Source: a bacterium
GTDB taxonomy: Bacteria; Arandabacterota; Arandabacteria; Arandabacterales; Arandabacteraceae
Reading direction: 5' to 3'
NCBI GenBank assembly: GCA_029933125.1
Contig: JAOZOU010000001.1
Location: 392,702-456,701, forward strand
DNA length: 64,000 nt
Shown here: positions 57,981 to 64,000 of the stretch, piece by piece
Numbering within the stretch: position 1 is the first letter of the stretch
Layout of the letters: every line of letters starts with the position of its first letter
Program-made: the position numbers and the translations under genes
The notes under the pieces: generated by a model
The model's database searches: none
Told to the model about the DNA's origin: nothing
What the model saw: only the letters and a program-made list of their open reading frames with translations

Positions 57981-58486
57981 TCAAAAATCCTCCTCAGAAC
58001 TGGCTCGAATCTTGAAACTATGTGGTGCGTTGCCTGTTCAATGTCATCACTCTTGACATTTATCCAGTGAATGTAAAGATAACCGTCGTCAGTTATGTCA
58101 ACAGTTAGAGTTCCGGGGGTAAGAGTTATGGAGTTGGCGAGCATAACCCTTCCAGGTGTACTCTTCAAAGAAGTTTTAACCTTCACAATGCCCGGATGGA
58201 TTGGCATATCCGGATGTATGACCCGGTAAACTACGTCAAGATTTGCAAGAAGTACATACCAGAGAAACATGGGCACATATACGATGAGCCAGAATATCCG
58301 CTTGATAACGGTACCCGGGCTCAGTTTGGCTGGGATTCTATCACCAAGCAACAATCCCACAAAGATAGCCACCACCAAACCTATTATGGTGCTCTCAAGA
58401 TCAAGAGCTTTGGTGACTGGATCAAATGGCCAGACAAGCAAGAACCATATGATGAACCCGAGTATGATGAGGGTTACCTTTCTCAA
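57977..58486 (-). CDS. MrpE/MbhA-like antiporter subunit
   Basis: ANLDV, PGIV, LANSITLTPGTL, LYIHWI. Confidence 0.94.
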   Translation of the reverse strand: MRKVTLIILGFIIWFLLVWPFDPVTKALDLESTIIGLVVAIFVGLLLGDRIPAKLSPGTVIKRIFWLIVYVPMFLWYVLLANLDVVYRVIHPDMPIHPGIVKVKTSLKSTPGRVMLANSITLTPGTLTVDITDDGYLYIHWINVKSDDIEQATHHIVSRFEPVLRRIFE

Positions 58487-58498
58487 ACCAACTCCCCC

Positions 58499-59980
58499 TT
58501 ACATTCCTAATATGTTTGAAGCATAGTTCAAACCTTCCTGAAGCACGCGTGCAGCTGGCATCAGGAAAGTGTCCCTAGCCTGAGGTAGCCAGAGGAATCC
58601 CATTACAATACACAGAACTGCAAGCCCTATCATCGAAGCTTGCATTGTCCCCGGCACTTCCTTGGCTGTCTGCGATGCCTCACGAGGCTCCCCAAAGAAG
58701 GCTCTTCGTTGCAACCTCATGAAGGCAGCCAAAGTAAGCACGCTAACGGCAGCTGCCCACGTGGCAAAGCCATAGCGCTGAGCTTGAATAGCAGCCAGTA
58801 TTATGAAAAGCTTGCTCCAGAAACCGCTGAAAGGCGGAATCCCAGCAATTGCCATAGAGCCAATGAAAGATGTTGTCCCTGTAACGGGCATCTTCTCCCT
58901 GAGACCCCCCATCTTGTTGAGATCACGCGTACCTGTTGCATATTCGATCGCACCTGAATTGAGGAACAGGAGCGATTTGAAGACAGCGTGGTTTATAAGA
59001 TGGAAGAGTCCGGCAGCTATAGCAAACCTCGTTCCGATACCCATTGCCAGGACAACATATCCAACTTGACTGATGCTCGAATAAGCAAGGAAACGTTTTA
59101 TATCATCCTGCCCCATTGCAAGCAGGACTCCAACAATCATTGAGATTGTCCCCAGAACCATGAGCACATAGGAGATCAGAGGTGTCATGCCTACCACATT
59201 GAACATCACCCTCGCCATCGCATAAACACCAATAGTCTTGATGAGAACACCAGAGAGCATAGCAGATATGGGTGCAGGTGCTGATGGATGGGCGTCAGGC
59301 AACCAGGCATGGAAGGGAACCAGAGCAGCCTTAAGCCCAAAGCCAGAGATGAAGAGGGCAACAATAAAGAGATGAATGGGCTTGAGATCCCCACCAATCA
59401 TAGCCGAAACCTGAGCCATGTTAAGGCTCCCGGTCACTGCATATGTCATAGCTACACCGAAGAGGATGAGTGTCGATCCAACGCTCCCAAGGACAAGATA
59501 CTTAAATGACGCCTCGAGCTCCTCATGCTCACATCCAAAAGCAACAAGCGCATAGGATGCAATGGAAGCTATTTCAAGAAAAACATACAGATTGAAAAGG
59601 TCACCTGTCAGGGCAACACCATTCATGCCGGCAACCATAAGCAGGAAGAGAGCATAGAATCTCGCCTTGGCAGTGAATTTGTCCATGTACTGGATGGAGT
59701 ATATCGTCACAAGGAAGGATATCAGGGTTATTGTGATAAGCATGAAGACCGAGACCCCGTCAAGAACAAGATCGATTCCCAGCGGGATATGCTTGAGAGG
59801 TCCCCAGCCACCCATCCAGTAAACGCCATTCTTACCTATCACAGATATTGCCATAAGAAGCAGGGCTAAGGTGGTCAAGTTGGCAAGCGTATCCGCTACA
59901 CGGGGCCTCTTGCGTGCAACCATAGGAATGAAGAAAGCTGCCCCAAGCGGAATTGCCACAAACAGTGGAATCATCTGCAT
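58499..59980 (-). CDS. MrpD/MbhH-like proton-conducting transporter
   Basis: DLFNLYVFLE, KAALVPFHAWLPDAH, LAYSSISQ, NHAVFK, GIPP.SGF.SK. Confidence 0.94.
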   Translation of the reverse strand: MQMIPLFVAIPLGAAFFIPMVARKRPRVADTLANLTTLALLLMAISVIGKNGVYWMGGWGPLKHIPLGIDLVLDGVSVFMLITITLISFLVTIYSIQYMDKFTAKARFYALFLLMVAGMNGVALTGDLFNLYVFLEIASIASYALVAFGCEHEELEASFKYLVLGSVGSTLILFGVAMTYAVTGSLNMAQVSAMIGGDLKPIHLFIVALFISGFGLKAALVPFHAWLPDAHPSAPAPISAMLSGVLIKTIGVYAMARVMFNVVGMTPLISYVLMVLGTISMIVGVLLAMGQDDIKRFLAYSSISQVGYVVLAMGIGTRFAIAAGLFHLINHAVFKSLLFLNSGAIEYATGTRDLNKMGGLREKMPVTGTTSFIGSMAIAGIPPFSGFWSKLFIILAAIQAQRYGFATWAAAVSVLTLAAFMRLQRRAFFGEPREASQTAKEVPGTMQASMIGLAVLCIVMGFLWLPQARDTFLMPAARVLQEGLNYASNILGM

Positions 59981-59992
59981 CGCTTCTCGCCC

Positions 59993-60340
59993 CTAACCTT
60001 TCAGCCTCTTTATCTCCTGAATATCGTAGGTCCCATATCTCTCATACAAACGCATGGCTATTGCAATTGTCATCGCCGTTACTCCCAGACCGATAACAAT
60101 TGCCGTAAGCACGAGTGCCTGCGGGAGTGGATCCACGGTGCGCCTGATAAATTCCTGATGCTCCATCGTCTTGTTGAGAATAGGTGCAATCCCATTCTTG
60201 CGATAGCCGATCATCACAATGAAAACATTTACGGCACTTTCCATTATGATGAGGCTGATTATTATCTTTATGAGATTACGTTTTACCAGAACCCCATAGA
60301 GTCCAACCATGAACAGCAGGAAGCACAAGGCGTAAAGCAT
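59993..60340 (-). CDS. MrpC/MbhG-like antiporter subunit
   Basis: NLIK, DPLPQALVLTAIVIG. Confidence 0.94.
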   Translation of the reverse strand: MLYALCFLLFMVGLYGVLVKRNLIKIIISLIIMESAVNVFIVMIGYRKNGIAPILNKTMEHQEFIRRTVDPLPQALVLTAIVIGLGVTAMTIAIAMRLYERYGTYDIQEIKRLKG

Positions 60341-60352
60341 ACCTATCTCCTT

Positions 60353-60820
60353 CTATGCCCTCTCACCAGGACCATGTATGACCCTCATGAGAACAAGAAG
60401 TATGAATACCATAAACAGTGAACTTGCAACCTTGAGTGCTATGGCAATATTGCAGAGCGGTATTATGCCTGAACTGAAAAGGGTAAAGGGCGTACCAGGA
60501 TTTGCCTTGGCAATGTAGTTGATAAAGAACCTGCCGCCAAGGGTGCCCGCGATTCCGAGAACTGCTATCACTAGAAACATAAGAGCACCAACGCTGTCGA
60601 GCTCCGATGCCACACCTATGCGGAAGCGCCTGAGCGATTCCTCCTTACCGTAGGCAAGCGTAAGAAGGACAAAAACCATTGCCAGGATCACGCCACCAGC
60701 GAAGCCGCCACCAGGTGTGAGGTGCCCATAAAGGACAATGTAGATTCCGAAAATCATTATAAGACCCTTAATCCAACCTGTTATCGTCTTGACAATTGGA
60801 GTCATTCCCTTCTCAGCCAT
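60353..60820 (-). CDS. MrpB/MbhF-like antiporter subunit
   Basis: GHLTPGGGFAGG. Confidence 0.93.
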   Translation of the reverse strand: MAEKGMTPIVKTITGWIKGLIMIFGIYIVLYGHLTPGGGFAGGVILAMVFVLLTLAYGKEESLRRFRIGVASELDSVGALMFLVIAVLGIAGTLGGRFFINYIAKANPGTPFTLFSSGIIPLCNIAIALKVASSLFMVFILLVLMRVIHGPGERA

Positions 60821-61389
60821 TACTCCTCCCATTCTCCAACTTCAGGCTCAGTGGGTTTCTTACGCGCTTTCTTACGAATGACTGCAATTGCACCCATAAT
60901 CGCTGTGAAGAGAACAGTCGCCTCACCAAGTGTATCGTATGCTCTGTAGTCGAGCAAAACGGCTGTAACGATATTTGCTGCACCGGTCTCCTTTAAGCCA
61001 TTGGCAATGTAGAGTCTTGTTGGTGCATCAGCGATTCGCTGCATCACTGGATGACCAAACGGAGGAAAATCGTCGAAAACCCTGATTCCGGCCAGGAAGA
61101 TAACAGCCAGCATAGCCATTGTAACCATCATGCCGAAGAAGTCACGGTTCCCAATGAAGGTTCGCAAGCCTACCCTGAGGGTAGCCCTTATCAAGATTAT
61201 CAAGATGAGAACCTCAACCACTATTGGCACTATTGCAACATCAGGTGCCCGCATGTAAAAGAAGGCTATGATAACACCAAAACCAACCGCCGTTACCGAT
61301 ATAACAGCGGCCAGTAGGTCACGTGTCTCGATGGCAACTATTGCAGCTATCACCATAAAGAGCAGCAATAGACCAATGAATTCAAGCAT
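60820..61389 (-). CDS. DUF4040 (MbhD-like) plus MbhE-like fused subunit
   Basis: APDVAI then NIVTAVLLDYRAYDTLGE. Confidence 0.88.
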   Translation of the reverse strand: MLEFIGLLLLFMVIAAIVAIETRDLLAAVISVTAVGFGVIIAFFYMRAPDVAIVPIVVEVLILIILIRATLRVGLRTFIGNRDFFGMMVTMAMLAVIFLAGIRVFDDFPPFGHPVMQRIADAPTRLYIANGLKETGAANIVTAVLLDYRAYDTLGEATVLFTAIMGAIAVIRKKARKKPTEPEVGEWEE

Positions 61390-61392
61390 ACA

Positions 61393-63210
61393 TCACCTCA
61401 GCAATATGATGATTAGAACCATTATCCCTGCAAGCATCCAGCTCAGGTAATGTGGCAATATGCCAGTGTGAATTGCACGGAATCCTCTAACAAAATAGAA
61501 GGAGAATTTTTGTCCTATGTCATATGTGTCAAAGGCATGCTTCTGGGCTGCCCTGTATATCTGACGGAAGAATCCCATATCACTCACTGTGTTATAGAAA
61601 TCCGTTCCTGTTACTCGCACTTCGGCTGGGATGATCTCGCCGCCAACATACATAGAATCTGTTCGTGTGGCTTTGAGCCTACCTGCCAGATAGATTATCA
61701 ATCCAATCACAATCCCGACTACAATGAACAGGGTCGCAAGTCCTGGACTCCACCAACCTAGCCAGGCACTTACCTCAGGCATACCGAGAACTCTCTGAAC
61801 AGCTGGAAGTATGAATCCCCTGAGTGGTATAGAATAGGCAAAGATGCCAAAGCCGAGGCACAGGATGGCGAGCACAAGCATGGGTATCGCCATTGTTGGA
61901 CCAACTTCCTTCGGGCTCTCGCCCTTCTTGGATCTCACCCCGAGAAAGACTGTGTGAAGAACCTTCATAAAGCTAGCAAGGGTTAGAGCGGATCCGAACA
62001 TGGCAGCAACGAGCCATATGACCCAGGCGTGCCCACCACGCTTGCCTAGTTCAATAACACCCTGATAGACCATCCATTTGGAAACAAATCCATTAAGAGG
62101 TGGAACTCCAGAAATTGCAAGGGCAGCTATTACGCAGCTGAAGAACGTAAGTGGCATATAGCGAGCTAGACCGCCAAGCTCATCAAGATTGGTAGTCCCC
62201 TCACGTTTCTCAACAGAACCACCACACAGGAAGAGACAGCCCTTGTATATGGCGTGGTTTACCATGTGGAAGAGGCCACCTGCAACTCCGATCGGGTTCA
62301 AGGTGCCGACTCCCAGTACCATGTAGCCAACCTGGGAGACAGCATGATAGCTTAGCAGACGCTTCAGATCATGCTGGACAAGCGCCATCATTACAGCAGC
62401 TATTATGGTAAATGCACCGACAATCAGCAGCAGGAGCATCATACCGCCGCTCAGATTGAAAAGATAAAGTGAAACCCGTGCAAGGAGGTAGATTCCCAGA
62501 AGCTTATCAACTGAAGCGGGCAGGAAAGCAACAACTGAAGTGGGAGCATGTTCTGCCGTATCGGGTATCCAGCTATGAAATGGCATAGCACCAGCTTTAG
62601 CAAATGCGGCACAGGCGAAGAGGATAAAGGCAAAAACTGAAAGCCCGGTTATTGTTGGAATCGAGGGCTGGCTAAGACTGGTTGAGCCCGTAAGCACCCA
62701 AACAAGGGTTACTGCAAGGACAAGCAGTGCATCGGTCCCGCCAACAATAACCATTGTCTTTTTGGCAGCACCAGAAGCTTGAGGTCCCCCTGTCTCAATC
62801 AGCATGAAAAGTGTGAGCCCTAAGAAACCCCAGAAGGAGAGCAGAACAACGAGATCATTGGCAAGGACTGCACCAAAGGCACCACCAAGAGTAAATAGCA
62901 TATAGGCGTAGTATTGCTTGAGGTAAAGTTTGCCTCGCATGTAGCCCAGAGAGTAAAGAACCATTATAAGCCCGAAGAAGCCAACCCACAGAATGACAAA
63001 GGACGATAAGGTATCAACCTTAAAAATCACTCTCCCGAAGTATTCGCTCTCGAGCCAACCCTGACGGAAGAGCAAGATGGAAATGTAGAAGGTAACTGCT
63101 GAAACAATAAGAGCTATGCCTTCTTTGAGCCCCTTGAAGGCATCAGGAATTATTCTGACAATTGCGCCTGCTACAAGTGGAACGACAATCAAGTATCCAA
63201 CTAGATCCAT
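61393..63210 (-). CDS. NuoL/MrpA-like proton-conducting transporter subunit
   Basis: AKAGAMPFHSWIP, LLSYHAVSQ, NHA.YK, GVPPLNGFVSKW, C-terminal H.G....Y after a lateral helix. Confidence 0.92.
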   Translation of the reverse strand: MDLVGYLIVVPLVAGAIVRIIPDAFKGLKEGIALIVSAVTFYISILLFRQGWLESEYFGRVIFKVDTLSSFVILWVGFFGLIMVLYSLGYMRGKLYLKQYYAYMLFTLGGAFGAVLANDLVVLLSFWGFLGLTLFMLIETGGPQASGAAKKTMVIVGGTDALLVLAVTLVWVLTGSTSLSQPSIPTITGLSVFAFILFACAAFAKAGAMPFHSWIPDTAEHAPTSVVAFLPASVDKLLGIYLLARVSLYLFNLSGGMMLLLLIVGAFTIIAAVMMALVQHDLKRLLSYHAVSQVGYMVLGVGTLNPIGVAGGLFHMVNHAIYKGCLFLCGGSVEKREGTTNLDELGGLARYMPLTFFSCVIAALAISGVPPLNGFVSKWMVYQGVIELGKRGGHAWVIWLVAAMFGSALTLASFMKVLHTVFLGVRSKKGESPKEVGPTMAIPMLVLAILCLGFGIFAYSIPLRGFILPAVQRVLGMPEVSAWLGWWSPGLATLFIVVGIVIGLIIYLAGRLKATRTDSMYVGGEIIPAEVRVTGTDFYNTVSDMGFFRQIYRAAQKHAFDTYDIGQKFSFYFVRGFRAIHTGILPHYLSWMLAGIMVLIIILLR

Positions 63211-64000
63211 ACCCTATCCATCCTCGACTTGTATTTCTCCATGAGTTTGCGAGTTTTCTCCTGCGAAAGCCTTAGAAGCTCTTTCCAACCCATGAGTTGC
63301 TTACCGCTGTCTGCATCAACCACAATCGTTCTTTCAGTACAGCAATAGCACGGATCGATGGCTGCCAAAGTGATGGTTGCATCTGATACTGTATAGCCAA
63401 CAACTGCACGATTGTTTGTTGGCACATTCATAAAGCTGGGTGCCCTGATCTTGTATCGGATGGGGCGGTTAGAACCATCAGAACGCACATAGTGGAAAAC
63501 CTCACCACGTGGAGCCTCATGATGACCGATTCCCTCACCAGGTGGAATTTCTTTGTAATTGGCATCAATACCGTCTCTTACTTCTCTCAGTTTCTCAAGG
63601 CACTGTTTGCATATCTTGACCGACTCCAGCATCTCAAGCACACGAACGACAACTTTGTCAAAGACATCACCATTCTCGGTAGTCACAACATCCCATTCAA
63701 CCAAATCATATGCCGCATAGGGATGATCTCTTCTCACATCCCATGGCACACCCGATGCTCTCGAGGTTGGTCCAAGTGCTCCAAGCTCAACACAATCCTC
63801 ATATGTCAGTACACCAACATTCTTCAGCCTTGCCTGCAGCACTGGATCAGCCATGGCAATCTTGGCAAACATAAGAAGCGGTCTCTCAAGCCCATCGAGT
63901 ATGCGCATAGCAGTTGGTAGGTCTTCATCCTCAAAGTCTCGCCTCACACCACCTGGCTTGAACATGGCATAATGGTTGCGGTTACCAGTAAGAAGTTCGA
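63201..64000 (-). CDS. Group 4 [NiFe] hydrogenase large subunit (partial, runs off right edge)
   Basis: Frame stays open to the window end (ELLTGNRNHYAMF). RASGV..DVR...PY..Y, GDV, EAPRGE..HY, R.K.RAPS, L2 motif DPCYCCTER plus C-terminal tail. Confidence 0.92.
   Translation of the reverse strand, partial: ELLTGNRNHYAMFKPGGVRRDFEDEDLPTAMRILDGLERPLLMFAKIAMADPVLQARLKNVGVLTYEDCVELGALGPTSRASGVPWDVRRDHPYAAYDLVEWDVVTTENGDVFDKVVVRVLEMLESVKICKQCLEKLREVRDGIDANYKEIPPGEGIGHHEAPRGEVFHYVRSDGSNRPIRYKIRAPSFMNVPTNNRAVVGYTVSDATITLAAIDPCYCCTERTIVVDADSGKQLMGWKELLRLSQEKTRKLMEKYKSRMDRVWI

Noticed and set aside
1..64000. rRNA, tRNA (including selC), CRISPR arrays, transposases, integrases, prophage or defence genes
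   Set aside because: None recognised; intergenic gaps are short and show no periodic repeats.

Overview
Gene-dense chromosomal window from an anaerobic, probably diderm bacterium. Several secreted enzymes end in FlgD-Ig/T9SS-like C-terminal domains, which suggests an FCB-related candidate lineage (inference). Bases 1-28.5 kb hold one minus-strand flagellar supercluster: PAS kinase and sigma-54 regulator, flgBC, fliE-K, flgDE, fliL-R, flhBAF, fliA, PilZ, FapA-like, HDOD, flgFG. It has two clear sigma-54 promoters and a recurrent upstream 13-bp motif. Bases 28.9-47.5 kb hold secreted hydrolases (metallophosphoesterase, M1 aminopeptidase, polysaccharide deacetylase, C25 gingipain), a proline-dehydrogenase-like pair, and a selenocysteine peroxiredoxin that the ORF track splits in two. 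Bases 47.7-56.2 kb hold an orphan PilB/GspE ATPase plus HDOD pair, a radical SAM enzyme, a ferritin-like protein, glnA and alkaline phosphatase. Bases 56.3-64 kb hold an Mrp-linked group 4 [NiFe] hydrogenase operon. The best leads are the Sec-Prx with its SECIS and internal second start, a twin-hairpin RNA leader on flgE, the flagellar enhancer motif, and a FliM lacking the CheY-binding peptide. No rRNA, tRNA, CRISPR or mobile element was seen. All calls come from motif recognition by eye; no database searches were run.
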